A DNA stretch of 64,000 nucleotides from Octopus vulgaris (GCA_951406725.2 OX597825.1:70122001-70186000); one strand, 5' to 3'. Counted from the stretch's first letter, positions 29,612 through 43,601 are shown. Program-made: numbers and translations. Notes: generated from the sequence alone by a model not told the origin.

Positions 29612-29869
29612 GCTGCTGCTACTGCTGCTGCTGCTACTGCTGCTGCTACTACATGCTGTACGAAGGGGTGATGAAAGGCGTTGTGTGTCGGTGAAAAAAC
29701 ATTGATGTAAGGGGTGTAGCTGTTGTTGTTGCTGTTATTGTTGTAGTTGTTGTTGTTGGTGGTGGTGGTAGTAGTATTTGTGATGTCGATGTATTGGTTG
29801 TTATACAGAAGAAATACACTCATGTGTGTATGTGTGTGTGTATGTGTGTTTGTGTGTGTGTGTGTGTGT

Positions 29870-30040
29870 CCGATTTCCAAGAAGTGAAGTATATTAGAGT
29901 ATTCGTTTCTCCGTAGAAAAAAAAAGAAGGATCAACCTCGTAGCTCATCTAATTAGATCTATAGGGACCAATTGCAGTTTTGACAAATGCACCGACTGAC
30001 AGCGGTTCCTACAACTGCAATATCAATTAGACACACCCTG
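29870..30040. mobile_element. possible Tc1/mariner terminal fragment
   Basis: Ends in gacacaccctg|ta, the reverse complement of TA|CAGGGTGTGTC, a common Tc1/mariner TIR start. No partner TIR seen. Confidence 0.35.
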
Positions 30041-30064
30041 TATACTTCTTATTGAACTACTACA

Positions 30065-30146
<82 letters not shown>

Positions 30147-30676
30147 TGCTGCTTGATCCTTGTAATTTTTACTGTGTTTTCTATTTTTAATATTTTTCTA
30201 TTTAATCCTTCAGAACGAAGTAAAAGTGTAAGAGCCTTTATGTGGTCATTGTATCTGCTAGAAACAGCAGTCATGTATCTGCCAATTCATTCACTGCTGT
30301 CCTTGTGTGTTGTCAAGACATATTTTTTCCAGAATGCAAAACTGGATATTCATGGCCACAGTACTTTTGATTATATAATAGTTCTACTCAATCATCTAGA
30401 CAGTAACAACCAAAGCAATAATTGCTGAATCTTCTCCAATAATTATTTGAGTGTCACATTTGACTCTTTACACGAGTTTTCACTTCATCTTCCATTCTAG
30501 TAACCCTACGCCCAGTTTTACCCTCCCCATGCAACATTCTCATCCTTCATTCGAAAATTTGCCGGGTATTCACTCAACTTCTGCCTCTACTCAAGTATCT
30601 ATTCACATCTCATCTAATCAACTAATTATTACTTCACTCAAGTTTCTACATCCACTCTAGTATCTACGTACACATC

Positions 30677-30975
30677 TCACAGAAGCAGCTATTTCTCTTC
30701 TAACTTTACTCATGTCTACACTCCACTCCAGCCTATTCTCAAGTCTACACTCCACTACAATCCTCTGTCTAGTACCCGCTCATACCTCACCAAAGCATCT
30801 GCGTCTTGCTTCATTCAAGTTCACCTCATAGAAGCAGCTATTTCTTTTGTAACTTTACTCAAGTCTACACTCCACTCCAGCCTACTATCAAGTCTACACT
30901 CCACTGCAGTTCTCTCTCTAGTACCTGCTCACACCTCACCAAGGCATCTGCTTCTTTCTTCATTCAAGTTCACAC
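30677..30975 (+). repeat. tandem duplication of about 148 bp, pyrimidine-rich
   Basis: agaagcagctatttc...tctacactccact...cctcaccaa.gcatctgc occurs twice. Confidence 0.75.
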
Positions 30976-31139
30976 TCCACTCTACATTCCTTCAAGTCCT
31001 CACGTCACTCCAGCTTTCTCTCTAGCTTCTATTCACACTTCACGAAAGTATCTACTTTTTACTTCATTTAAACCTTTTCTCCATTTCCAGCCTTCCCTCA
31101 AGTCTCCATACCACTCCAGCTTTCACTCTAGTACCTTTT

Positions 31140-31352
31140 TCCCGGTTTCTATGGCGTATGTGTTTCCCAGCTGGACGGGACGCCAGTCCATCACAGCGTT
31201 ACTCATTTTTGCCAGCTGAATGGACTGGAGCAACGTGAAATGAAATGAAGTGTTTTGCTCAAGAACACAACGCGTTGCCCAGTTCAAGAATCGAAACCAC
31301 AATCTTACGATCATGATGCTGACACCCTAACCACTAAGCCACGCGCCTCCAC
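31140..31352 (-). mobile_element. SINE family C variant with 17-bp TSD
   Basis: tcactctagtacctttt occurs at 31123-31139 and 31353-31369. The same variant is at 39690-39915. Confidence 0.85.
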
Positions 31353-31498
31353 TCACTCTAGTACCTTTTCCCACCTCACCAAAAGACACCGATAGAATAA
31401 GTACTAAGCTTACACAGAATAAGCTCTGGAGACGATTTGCTCGAGTAAAGGCGGTTGCTCCAGCATGACTGAAACAAGTAAAAGATAAAGATACTCAC

Positions 31499-31554
31499 TG
31501 GTATTTTGTCAATATATCTTGATTTTATGCTCTTCGATTCTTCGATTCTTTGTT
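31499..31554 (-). CDS. MAP1LC3C: LC3C-like coding exon 2 (EQRIEESKSIKSRYIDKIP)
   Basis: 56-nt exon with a ctttttgtaatttccag acceptor and gtgagt donor. Carries the R..E...I....KIP motif of ATG8 proteins. Not represented in the ORF track. Confidence 0.9.
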
Positions 31555-31588
31555 CTGGAAATTACAAAAAGAAAATTCTTACATATAT

Positions 31589-31995
31589 ATTTCTTTACTG
31601 CCCACAAAGGGCTAAACACAGAGGGAACAAACAAGGACAGACAAACGGATTAAGTCGATTAAATCGACCCCAGTGCGTAACTGGTACTTATTTAATCGAC
31701 CCCGAAAGAATGAAAGGCAAAGTCGGCCACGGCGGAATTTGATCTCAGAATATAGCGGCAAACGAAATACCTTTATTACCCACAAGGGGCTAAACAGAGA
31801 GGGGACAAACAACGACAGACATAGGTATTAAGTCGATTACATCGACCCCAGTGCGTAACTGGTACTTAATTTATCGACCCCGAAAGGATGAAAGGCAAAG
31901 TCGACCTCGGCGGAATTTGAACTCACAACGTAACGCAGACGAAATACCGCTAAGCATTTCGTCCGGCGCGCTAACGTTTCTGCCAGCTCGCCGCC
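31589..31995 (-). mobile_element. SINE family B tandem array (2 units), about 35 nt upstream of LC3C exon 2
   Basis: Two units, one head. Confidence 0.87.
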
Positions 31996-32517
31996 TTTAT
32001 ACTAGTAAACTTGTGTCGTCAAAAATGCTGACAGTATTATTGATGATAGAAAATAGCATGTCAAATTAATGCTATGTATCAGCACTCGGGTAAATATATG
32101 CATATACACAGAACTGAAACACTTGAATTGGATACGGTTGTAACGTCTGGGTTGAAAATATCGCCCATCTAGATGTACATGTTTCAAATATTATGTTAGA
32201 TCCGGTTATACACGAAATCTTGAATGGTCAGATTTTTTTTTATATGACGTTAACAATATTCTAACGAATAGCAATCGTATTCTTCAGTGGTTTTTTTTAA
32301 TCGTTTTTTTTCCCATCGGGTATAGCGATCCGGTTTCGATTGCTAAATATTTGTGGCTAAATTTTCCTGTTATATATCTTCTCAGAGAATGCAAGGTTCG
32401 AAAAAAAAAATTAATAACATAAACAGAAATTTTGTTAAGTTATTTCACTTGCATTGAAAGAAAAAATGTCTTTTCCTCCATAAGTTTATCATTATTATTA
32501 TTATTATTATTATTATT

Positions 32518-32985
32518 CAGTAGTTTTATTTTTATAGCGTGCTTTCACTTCACTACCGAGCGCAGCTCTGTGTGCCTTGGGTATGTGCTGTGATTTGTTG
32601 TGATGCTCTGATGGTTATTGTATGGAAAGTGTTCTGCGTAGGATGTGTGCAGTGCCTAGTAGTGCAATTTTCTGTATGTTATATGTGTTTGTAAGTCCTG
32701 GTGTTTTTGTTATGTATTTGTCTGAATATTTTTTTATCATGCCTAATGCACCTACTATGATAGGAATTGTTTCTGTTTTCAGGTTCCACATTCTAGTTAC
32801 CTCTATTTCCAGGTCTTTGTATTTTGAGAGTTTCTCCATTTCTTTTAGACACACGTTGTCATATGCCGGTATTGATACATCAATTAGAAAGCATTTTTTT
32901 CTTCATGATCTCTGACAACTATATCTGGTCTGTTGGCCTTAATTTCTCTATCTGTGTGTATCGGCATATCCCAGAGTATGGTTGC
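32518..32985 (-). mobile_element. 5'-truncated R4/Dong-like non-LTR retrotransposon (RLE endonuclease C-terminus plus 3' UTR)
   Basis: Minus strand reads ATILWDMPIHTDREIKANRPDIVVRDHEEK, then a frameshift in an A-run, then CFLIDVSIP...KEMEKLSKYKDLEIEVTRMW...IPIIVGALG...LLGTAHILRRTL*. These are the RPD..D..K..KY restriction-like endonuclease motifs. Flanked on both sides by (TAA)n. Confidence 0.85.
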
Positions 32986-33036
<51 letters not shown>

Positions 33037-33044
33037 CATCATCA

Positions 33045-33104
<60 letters not shown>

Positions 33105-33179
33105 CTAATTTCTACTTACAGCCTCAGGTAGTAATTCCTTTTACTATAAGCACAAGGCCTGAAATTTGGGGAGACGGGA

Positions 33180-33722
33180 CTAGTCGATTACATCGACCCC
33201 CGTCCGTATCTGGTACTTAATTTATCGAAGCCAAAAAGGATGAAAGACAAAGTCGACCTCGGCGGAATTTGAACTCAGAACGTAACAACGGGCAAAATAC
33301 CTATTTCTATCTTTACTACCCACAAGGGGCTAAACACAGAGGGAACAAACAAGGACAGACAAACGGATTAAGTCGATTATATCGACCCCAGTGCGTAAAT
33401 GGTACTTATTTAATCGGCCCCCGAAAGGATGAAAGATAAAGTCGACCTCGGCGGTATTTGAACTAAGAACGTAACGACAGGCGAAATACCTATTTCTTTA
33501 CTACCCACAAGGGGCTAAACGCAGAGAGGACAAACAAGGACAGACAAACGGATTAAGTCAATTATATCGACCCCAGTGCGTAAATGGTACTTATTTAATC
33601 GGCCCCCGAAAGGATGAAAGATAAAGTCGACCTCGGCGGAATTTGAACTCAGAAAGTAACGGCAGACGAAATACCGCTAAGCATTTCGCCCGACGTGCTA
33701 ACGTTTCTGCCAGCTCGCCGCC
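33180..33722 (-). mobile_element. SINE family B tandem array (about 3 units)
   Basis: Repeated units, one head. Confidence 0.86.
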
Positions 33723-33954
33723 TTTACAGCGTCAGTAATAATGCTTTTGACTGCATGTATGAACGTATGAACATATATCTACATGCGTACGTGCAAATGC
33801 ATGCAAGCACGGGTGTTCCTTTGGGTTTTATTAAAGTTTGCTTTTTCCTTTGCAGAATTCTAGCTGTTCGCTAACTAAGTCGCAAGGCTTCTTCGTTTAA
33901 GTAAGAAGAGCTCTTGGGGTTTCTACTTATCTGAATTGGCTCATGTATACTATA

Positions 33955-33995
<41 letters not shown>

Positions 33996-34154
33996 AAGCT
34001 TGCACTTGCTTCTTCGGCATGCATGTGTATGTCTGTGTGCTTCGTTACTGGTTATGTGTGTGTATGCATGTGTATTCCATATGTATGTGTGACTATGTGC
34101 ACAGGTTCACTCAGACAGCTTGACAGGAGAATTCCCAAAGGGTTTTACGTACGC

Positions 34155-34198
<44 letters not shown>

Positions 34199-34787
34199 TC
34201 GACTTATAGACGCCCTTGTATTTTGAGGATTTAATGTAGCTAATTAACGGTTTACGGCAGATTTGAAGAGCAGGTAGAGTAGAGTAATTGAGTTAAGACC
34301 TCCATATTATAATGGGTGTAGAAGATAGATACGGGAATTAGACAAAAAAACATCTGTTAAAGCAGATTCGAATGATTACGATTTTAAAAAAATTGGCGTT
34401 GAATTAGAAAAATAGGGGAAGGCAGTGAGTTGGCAGAATCGTTAGCAGGCTCGAGAAATTGATTGGCGGCATTTCGCCCGTCTTTACGTTCTGTGTTCAA
34501 ATTCCGCCAAGGTAGAGTTTGCCTTTTATTCTTTCGTAGTCGAAGAAATAACGTATCAGTCGAGCAGATGGATTGATGCAATTGACTATCGATCCTCCCA
34601 CAAAATTTCAGGCCCAGTGCCTATTGCAGAAAGCAAAAGTAGAAAGGAAATCATTCTATGTGGATCTTAGGTGTTTTGCTCATAAACACACACATCGCCC
34701 GGTCTGAGATTCGAACCCACGATCCCTCGACCGCGAGTTCGCGGCTCTAGCTACTAGGCCATGTGCCTCCACGCATTGAAGTAGTAA

Positions 34788-35122
34788 AAGTGTGAAAAGC
34801 CCCTTCGGTCATGACTGACCATGGGATTGCACCTAAAAAGTTTCCCTCCGAGGCACAAGTCCGGGAAAGGTTGTTTATGGAAGACCAGCAGTCGCCCATG
34901 CATACCAGCTTCCGATCTCCTGATGTTATCCAAAGAAAAGGTAAAGGCCGATACAGCTTGGCACCAGTGACCTCTCAACTCATTTCTACAGCTGAGTGAA
35001 CTGGAGCTACGTGAAATGAAGTGTCTTGCTCAAGAACACAACAGACAGCCCTGTCCGGGAGTCGAACTGGCTACCTCATGATTGTGAGCCCTACGCTGTA
35101 ACCACTGAGTCATGCGCTTTCA
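34788..35122 (-). mobile_element. SINE family C
   Basis: Reverse complement of 2284-2620. Confidence 0.82.
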
Positions 35123-35284
35123 CGCAGAAGTACACTACACTACCATCATATGCTTTCCTGTAGAAGTAGTGGAAGTTAGAGGAAAGCGTATGATGGTAGT
35201 GGTGGGAGTAGTAGCGAGAGTGAAGTGTATAGCGATAGATAGGATAATGTATGATGGTAGCAAATGTCGTAATAAAATGTGATA

Positions 35285-35583
35285 GCGGCGGCGGCGGCGG
35301 GCGGTGGTGGTGGTGGTGGTGGTGGTGGTGGTTTTGGTGGTGGGGGTGGGAGGTTTTGTGGTGAGGGTGGTGGTGGTGATTGTGGCGGCGGCGGCGGTGG
35401 TGGTGGTGGTGGTGGTGGTGGTGGCGGTGGTGGTGGTGGTAGTGGTGGTTTTAGTGGTGGTGGTGGTGGTGGTGGCAGCAGCGGCGGCGGCGATGGTATG
35501 GTGGTGGTGGTGGTGGTGGTGGAAGTGGTGGTGGTGGAGGTGGTAGTGGTGGAGGTGGTAGTGGTGGAGGTGGTGGTGGTGGA
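35285..35583 (+). repeat. (GGT/GGC)n G-rich tract
   Basis: Direct reading. Confidence 0.93.
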
Positions 35584-35653
35584 ATGAGCGTAGTAATTGT
35601 AGGAGGAGAAGGAAGAGGAGAAAATCTGTTAAACTAACGTCAAGATTTATAAG

Positions 35654-35685
<32 letters not shown>

Positions 35686-36581
35686 GCAGTTGTTATTGTA
35701 ATTTTTTAACCAAATATAGAAGAAAATAAAACAATAAAAAGAGACAGTCTGTAATATAGTGGACGTAAAGTCCTTGAAACAGTTTCAAATCACTCTATTG
35801 GTGGAATATAATCAAAATTTGGTACCTTAGACCCCCGCCTCCAATGACCTCTTAATCAACAAATTCTTATCAATTAAGTTTTTTGCTGATTATATCAAAA
35901 TTAGAAGTTTGACCTTGATTGGAATTCGCTTTCTTTTTCTAATTATGAATATATTAATAAGTTGATCGGATCACTCTGTTAACTCATCAACTGATAAAAT
36001 CTTTTCTTTTAAATAACAATACACACATACACACATACATACATACATACATACATACATACATACATACATACATACATACATACATAAATACACATAC
36101 ATACATACATACACATACATACATATATATATACATACATACATACATACATACACATACATACATACATAAGTACATACATACATATATTCATACACAT
36201 ACATACATACATACACATACATACATATATATATACATACATACATACATACATACACATACATACATACATACATAAGTACATACATACATATATTCAT
36301 ACGTACATACATACATACAAACATACATACATACATACGTAATACATACATACATACATACATACATACATACATACATACATACATACGTACATACATA
36401 CATACAAACATACATACATACATACATACATACATACATACAAACATACATACATACATACATACATACATACAAACATACATACATACATACATATAGA
36501 AATACATACACACACATACACACGCACTTACGCACACACACACACGCGCGCGCGCGCATATATATATACATACAAGCATAT

Positions 36582-37010
36582 AGGCGCAGGGCTGTGTGGT
36601 AAGAAGCTTGCTTCCGAACCGCTTGGTCCAGGTTCAATCCCAATGTATGCCATCTTGAGCAAGTGTCTTCTGCTATAGCCTTAGGACGACCAAAGCCTTG
36701 TGAGGGCTTTGGGAAGCGGAAACTGAAAGAAGCCCGTCGTATATATATATAGATTTGTGTGTATCTGTCTGTCTGTCTGTTTGTGTGAGTCAGTGTGTGT
36801 GTGTTTGTGTTTGTGCCAGCGCCATTGCTTGACAAGTGATGCTGGTGTGTTTAGCATAACTTAGCAGTTTGGCAAAAGTGACCGACAAAATTAGTACTAA
36901 GCTCACAAAGAATAGGACCTGAGGTCGATTTCTTCGACTAAAACCCTTTAATGCGGTGCTCCAGTACGGGGGCTATTGAATGACTGAAACAAGTAAAAAA
37001 ACGAAAGAAA
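36582..37010 (+). mobile_element. SINE family A (diverged)
   Basis: ggcgcagggctgtgtggtaagaagcttgc...gactgaaacaagtaaaa. Confidence 0.78.
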
Positions 37011-37041
37011 AGAATATATATATATACTAATATATCTATAC

Positions 37042-37105
<64 letters not shown>

Positions 37106-37135
37106 GTACATATATATAGATATAGATATACGTAC

Positions 37136-37172
<37 letters not shown>

Positions 37173-37201
37173 CGTACATATATATATATGTGTGGGGGGT
37201 G

Positions 37202-37405
37202 TATTAAAATTATAATTTAGGGTATCTAAGAGATACCTCCACAAAAAGGACAAGATGAACTAGCAAAAATTACTGGATAATTCCAGAGCTTTTTGTCCTC
37301 TTTCCTGGTGCTGTATGAACCTTTAATGTGGTTTTAGAGTCAAGTTTTGGCTGCTATTTCCAGCGTGGAGGTATCTCTTAGATACCCTCAATTATAATTT
37401 TAATA
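37202..37405. repeat. fold-back with about 40-bp terminal inverted arms
   Basis: tattaaaattataatttagggtatctaagagatacctccac / gtggaggtatctcttagataccctcaattataattttaata. Confidence 0.85.
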
Positions 37406-37496
37406 ATAATTATTACCTTTAAAGGTTTTTATTCCCATGCTGGTCACTTCATAAGATCGATAATTAAATTAACGATCTTATCCTTATATATATATA

Positions 37497-37884
37497 CTAG
37501 CAGTATCGCCCGGCGTTGCTCGGGTTTGTTTTGAGCCACTGGAATTGGAATTTTTGAAAAGTAAAAATTTTGCATTATGTAGCTTGTTATTCTCTTCAAG
37601 TGAACATTTTTCTGGTTGAAATATACCGAAAAGTGGCGACACAGCAGTGAAAAAATCGTAAAAAATAGGGATTTTCATAGGAAAAAGCACCTTTTTGATG
37701 TAAATAATTTTTAGTGTTAACATGGTCCGATTTGAATTTTGTCTTCTACGGAAGGAAGAGCAACCCTTCTATCATACTCTCAATTTTGGTCAACTCGTGC
37801 CGCAGTGTCTCGGAGGAGATAGTGTTAGTTGAAGGTTACCAAACCTGGCGCACACAGACAACTTCAGCTTCATATATAGAGAGA
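37497..37884 (-). mobile_element. non-autonomous Helitron, copy 1 (in LC3C intron 1)
   Basis: Minus strand starts A|TC... and ends with the hairpin cccgagcaacgccggg followed by CTAG|T. No TSD. Closely similar to 53329-53724. Confidence 0.8.
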
Positions 37885-38091
37885 TAACACACACGCATTA
37901 ATACGCATACATACACACACACACACACACATCTATGTATGTATGGATGTATGTATGTATATATGTACATCTGTCCACTTCTTGCCATATTTTTATCCTT
38001 CACTTCCTACACACACACACAGACACACACACAGACACACACACAGACAGACACACAGACAGATACACACACACACACTCACACACACACG

Positions 38092-38126
<35 letters not shown>

Positions 38127-38566
38127 TCTTAGCTTACAATTTTCTTTCAACAATTGACACTGTCACATATGTATATGTTTGAGTGTCTATGTGTGTAAAG
38201 CGAAAGTGTGGTAATAGGGGGAGTAAAGCCTTTGAAGTGAGAGAGGGAAATCGTAAAATATTGAGTTTTTTCAAATTTTTGCTTAATTGGGGGTCAAATT
38301 GAAAGAAATTTATATGCCATGACCGAATCGAATCTACTTCGAAAAATCATAGGTAAATTCTAATTGAAGAGATTCTATATTGTAGAATTGTATTAAAAAG
38401 GAACTTGGGAACAGGCAGAGAAAATCTGCCTTTTATCATAAGAGATAACAAAATGTAACCACATGTGAACCGTTGGCGATTTCCTTCTTGTGCTAAAAGT
38501 AGTTAAATAAAGTTCAGGGAAGCTGGGTTGAAATGTCTCAAAGTTACTTGCAGAAAATTTTTATAA

Positions 38567-38761
38567 GCGCAGGAGTGGCTGTGTGGTATGTAGCCTTCTT
38601 ACCAATCACATGGTTCCGGGTTCAGTCCCACTGCGTGGTACCTTGGGCTAGTGTCTTCTACTGTAGCCTTGGGCCGACCAAAGCTCTGTGAGTGGATTTG
38701 GTTGACGGAAACTGAAAGAAGCCCTCATATATATGTATATATATATATATGTGTGTGTATG

Positions 38762-38823
<62 letters not shown>

Positions 38824-38945
38824 TGTGTGTGTATGTGTATATGTTTATTTGTCTGTGTTTGTCCCCCCAACATCGCTTGACAACCGATGCTGGTGTGTTT
38901 ACGTCCCCGTAACTTAGCGGTTCGGCAAAAAATGACTGAAAGAGA
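38567..38945 (+). mobile_element. SINE family A, 3' truncated
   Basis: Head and body match 11589. Confidence 0.8.
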
Positions 38946-39581
38946 CTGATCATCTGCTATTCTGGAATAACAGGTGACTTTCTTAAATCTTAGCAAGCAA
39001 AGAAAAGGGAATGCAAAGTTGCATTAAATTTCGTTTCTCGGTATCAGATGGACATTTTTATCACGAAAAGTGAAAAATTATCATTAAGATATTTCTACAA
39101 CAGAAAAGCGACCTTTACCTAACGAATGGTTTAATTTGTCTTTTGACGTAAATGGACGTAACTCGAGTCAGCTTCTCTACCTAAATAGCCCAGATTATTT
39201 TCGTTCGATGCTTCGATCTGCTCCGATATACACATAAGCACACGAGCATACGTAATATTATGTATATATACACGCATATATATATATATATATATATATG
39301 CATGCATACATATAGAAATAAATATATGTATGTATTTATTTATATGTATATATATAATCACATATACACACACATACATATGTGCATTCATACGTATGCA
39401 TGTATGTATGCGAGTGGACAAACGAAAGAAAGAGACACTCAAGACATTTAGTCGGAGTTACATATATTATTTTACAACAGTTTGCACATATTTTTTTACA
39501 ACAGTTTGATTCAACTCCATACAACTTACAGTTTCGTGCGCTCATCACATTACCCTAGTTCGATTATAGCGTCATCAGAAA

Positions 39582-39638
<57 letters not shown>

Positions 39639-39689
39639 GTAAATATATATATAATAATAATAATAATAATAATTAAATGTGCCATTTTA

Positions 39690-39915
39690 AAACCTAGCCA
39701 GGCTCATGGGCCCGGAATCCCCGGTGTATGTGTTCCCCAGCTGGACGGGACGCCAGTCCAACGCAGCGTTACTCATTTTTGCCAGCTGAGTGAACTGGAG
39801 CAACGTGAAATGAAGTGTTTGCTCAAGAACACAACGCGTCGTCCGGTCCAGGAATCGAAACCACAATCTTACGATTATAATGCTGACACCCTAACCACTA
39901 AGCCATGCGCCTCCA
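39690..39915 (-). mobile_element. SINE family C variant
   Basis: Matches 31140-31352. Confidence 0.8.
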
Positions 39916-39924
39916 CACATTTAT

Positions 39925-39967
<43 letters not shown>

Positions 39968-39969
<2 letters not shown>

Positions 39970-40365
39970 GCTTGTTTACCAACCACATGGTTCCGGGTTC
40001 AGTCCCACTGCATGGCACCTTGGGCAAGTGTCTTCTACTATAGCTTCGGGCCGACCAAAGCCTTGTGAGTGGATTTGGTAGACGGAAACTGAAAGAAGCC
40101 CGTCGTATATATGTATATATATGTATATATATGCGTGTGTGTATGTGTTTGTATGTCTGTGTTTGTCCCCCTAGCATTGCTTGACAACCGATGCTGGTGT
40201 GTTTATGTCCCCGTTACTTAGCGGTTCGGCAAAAGAGACCGATAGAATAAGTACTGGGCTTACAAAAGAATAAGTCCCGGGGTCGAGTTGCTCGATTAAA
40301 GGCGGTGCTCCAGCATGGCCGCAGTCAAATGACTGAAACAAGTAAAAGAGTAAAGAGTAAAGAGT
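39968..40365 (+). mobile_element. SINE family A
   Basis: Near-consensus body and tail. Confidence 0.85.
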
Positions 40366-40393
40366 ATATATATATATATATATATATATATAA

Positions 40394-40495
<102 letters not shown>

Positions 40496-41689
40496 GGAAA
40501 CATACACACATACATATCTATCTATCTATTTAAATTTTGCACAAGTAACTTTGAGACATTTCAGCCCAGCTTCCCTGAACTTTAACTACTTTTAAAGCTT
40601 CCCATCTCTTTACAATTCTCTGAACGGAAGATCTCAGCCTCACTGATCTGGGAGAATTTATTTCTCAGGTATTTGAATCTCGTTTGCGTTTAATCTTTAG
40701 TTTTAACTAGGCTTTTCCTTATATATATATATATGCGTATGTATGTCAGTATTTAAGTATGTACGTATGCAAGTATGTGTGTACTTATGTATGCATGTAT
40801 GCGTGTGCGTGTTTTATTGTGTGCGAATGTGAACTCTGATCTCCAACACAAGTGATTTCATGAACATATAAGTAAAATTTAACCTTGTATGCTTTTTACG
40901 TCTGACTTTGGATCTCGTTATCTAGTTACCATAGATACGGCTACTGTTGTCGTAGCTTCATCTGCTGTTGCCAACTACCGTTGTCATGACTTCAGTTACT
41001 GATAACACATATATGCATGCACTCATACACATACGTACGTACATACATACATACATACATACATACATACATACATACATACATACATACATACATACAT
41101 ACATACATGTGTCTCTGTGTTTGTGTGTGTGTGTGTGTGTTTGTATATCGGACTTTCATTCAGTTTCCGTCTTCTGAATTCACTCGCAAAGCATGTCTGC
41201 CCATGGCTATAGTAGAAGACAGTGCATCGCAGTGGAACTGAACCCGAAATCATGTGGTCGCAAAGTGAGCTACATAACCATACAGCCATTGACCTCGGAG
41301 CGAAAGATTTATTTTCAATCATGAGGAACTCTGTTTATTACTTGAATTTTAAAATTTTCTTAATGAGACCAATTACCAGATTTTACTAGAACTTTAGATA
41401 GAATACCTCTCGGTATTTGCTCCTATTCTCTTCGACCCGAGTTCAAACCTAGTCGGCGTTAACTTCTCATTTTCACCCGTTCGGGGTCGATAAAAAATAA
41501 AAATGGTATTAATCCATGGTGATAGATTTGCGAAATTTAATACAACGTTGAGCGAGAGGCTTTGCTATATATGTTCTGAGTTTTTGCATATTGACAGCAT
41601 TACTAACAACAACCTTAATGCGAAGGTGAATCGACCCGAAAGTTTGGTGCCCCAGCGGGCTAAAACATTTTAAAGGATTTTAAGGATTT

Positions 41690-42050
41690 AAGGGACTTGT
41701 AAGCAGAAGGGCATCAAGTTGGCTATGAAAGCAGCAGAGGTTGTACCAAGGGTGTTGTGGATAGGGAGGTGTGAACCATATAAGAAGTAGTACTACTACC
41801 TTTCTCTGGGACACCATCGTTGATATACAGAGTGAGGAGATTTGTATATAATGGCAGCTGTCAGTTTTCCACAAAAATGGGGAAGAAACATTTGCCAGGA
41901 TTGCATATACATGTAAATAAATGGTCAAAGCTGAGCAACGGAGACCCTGCTCTTCCCCATTTAACTGATTTATATGACGTGGTGATACGGAGAAGGGATA
42001 CCCAGCGTCCATGATAGCTCTCAGGGTCTCTGAGATTGGCGGGAGCTAGT
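41690..42050. mobile_element. degenerate LINE-derived fragment(s)
   Basis: gatagctctcagggtctctgag resembles the RTE-like segment at about 62425. Plus-frame KLAMKAAEVVPRVLWIGRCEP resembles the C-termini of RLE-type LINEs. Confidence 0.3.
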
Positions 42051-42237
42051 GAGGAAGTTATCCTCAGAGCGCAAACCTAGCTCAAACAGTTGCAAGATAT
42101 TGGACTCCGCAAAGCACCCGACATAGAGGTGAGGAGTGCAACAGACCATGAAAAAACAGAACGATGCCTCCGACCACTTTCCATGCATTTCCGTTTTTCA
42201 GTTTTAAACGCAACGCGTTTGTTCACTCAAGATATTT

Positions 42238-42467
42238 ATTTCTTTACTACCCACAAGGGCTAAATATAGAGGGGACAAACAAGGACAGACAAACGGATTA
42301 AGTCGATTATATCGACCCCAGTACGTAACTGGTACTTAATTTATCGACCCCGAAAAGGATGAAAGGCAAAGTCGACCTAGGTGGAATTTGAACTCAGAAC
42401 GTAACGGCAGACAAAATTCGGCTACGCATTTCCCCCGGCGTGCTAACGTTTCTGCCAGCTCGCCGCC
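42238..42467 (-). mobile_element. SINE family B monomer with TSD
   Basis: Flanked by the direct repeat tttgtt(c/t)actcaagatatt. Confidence 0.87.
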
Positions 42468-43088
42468 TTTTGTTTACTCAAGATATTATTAGAAAACACT
42501 CTTCTCTGGTGCTGCACTGCGGAAGGTTTGAACCCAAAACAACAGAGTTACGAAATGAGATTCTTAACCGCAAAACGTCTTACGTTGTATAAACATAAAT
42601 TATTATAAAGAAAAGTGGTCCGAGTATTTCCTATCAGGTTTTATCTACATACAGTCTTAGGTAATGTGCTCACAGCTTCAACCAACTTCCAGCCGCTTTG
42701 AACTGTTTTGATCCGATTCAACACACCATGATTCAACACAACCTGATTGACTTACCAAAAGATAAGCTTAATACGACATAAAAATAAAACGATGATCTAA
42801 TGAATGATTAGTAATCAGCAAATGGGATGTAATGATGTTGTTTACATCTTTTATTTTTTAACGCTTATTTATTTCAGTCGTTGGACAGTGGTCATGCTGG
42901 GGTACTGCCTTGAAGGGCTTTATATGAATGTATCGGCCTCAGTACCCAGTTCCTTATTGAATCCTGGCACTTACTCTATAGATAACTGTGCTCGAATCAC
43001 TAAGGTATAGGACGTGAACAAACCAACACCCGTTGTCAAGCGATGGTGGGGTACAAACACAAAGATACGCACACACATACACATATAC

Positions 43089-43152
<64 letters not shown>

Positions 43153-43333
43153 ATACAGTGTACGTTTAAACACATTAAGAGGTTTCCATTCTAGGATTCC
43201 CTTACGCTAGAAAGAACAGCTAAAGTCTAAAACCACTAATTAGGGGTTAATTCTCGAAGGAATGAATTGATTTTTTCTATACGTTAGACCACTGGTAGTA
43301 AAAATTTCTAAAATCTTTATTACCCTGACATTA

Positions 43334-43364
<31 letters not shown>

Positions 43365-43374
<10 letters not shown>

Positions 43375-43483
43375 TATAGAAGGAGCTTCTACGCTAGAAC
43401 TGTTTCCAAGAGAAATCTGGAAGCTTCCTGAAGATTTCTCTTGAATGAAACAGTTCTAGTCCTGTAAATTCTATATATAAATT
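43365..43483. repeat. hairpin with a CUGAAGA...GAAAC core in the right arm
   Basis: ctagaactgtttc caagagaaatct ... agatttctcttg aat gaaacagttctag. Confidence 0.8.
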
Positions 43484-43548
43484 AATTTTACTCTACTATG
43501 TATTGAGTACCTTATTTACTGTGGTTAACCCCGAATCAACCCGGGACC

Positions 43549-43597
<49 letters not shown>

Positions 43598-43601
<4 letters not shown>

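Noticed and set aside
33856-33900. Plus-strand exon-like segment (ctttttcctttgcag…gtaaga)
   Set aside because: Good splice-like signals, but no partner exons or recognisable peptide, and it is antisense to the LC3C intron. Unsupported without RNA data.
35279-35587. Glycine-rich 102-aa ORF
   Set aside because: (GGT/GGC)n microsatellite with no splice context or domain.
39119-39180. Alternative LC3 first exon (LRPFTSKDK…)
   Set aside because: Upstream in-frame stops and no start codon. The 50815-50890 exon fits motif and phase better.
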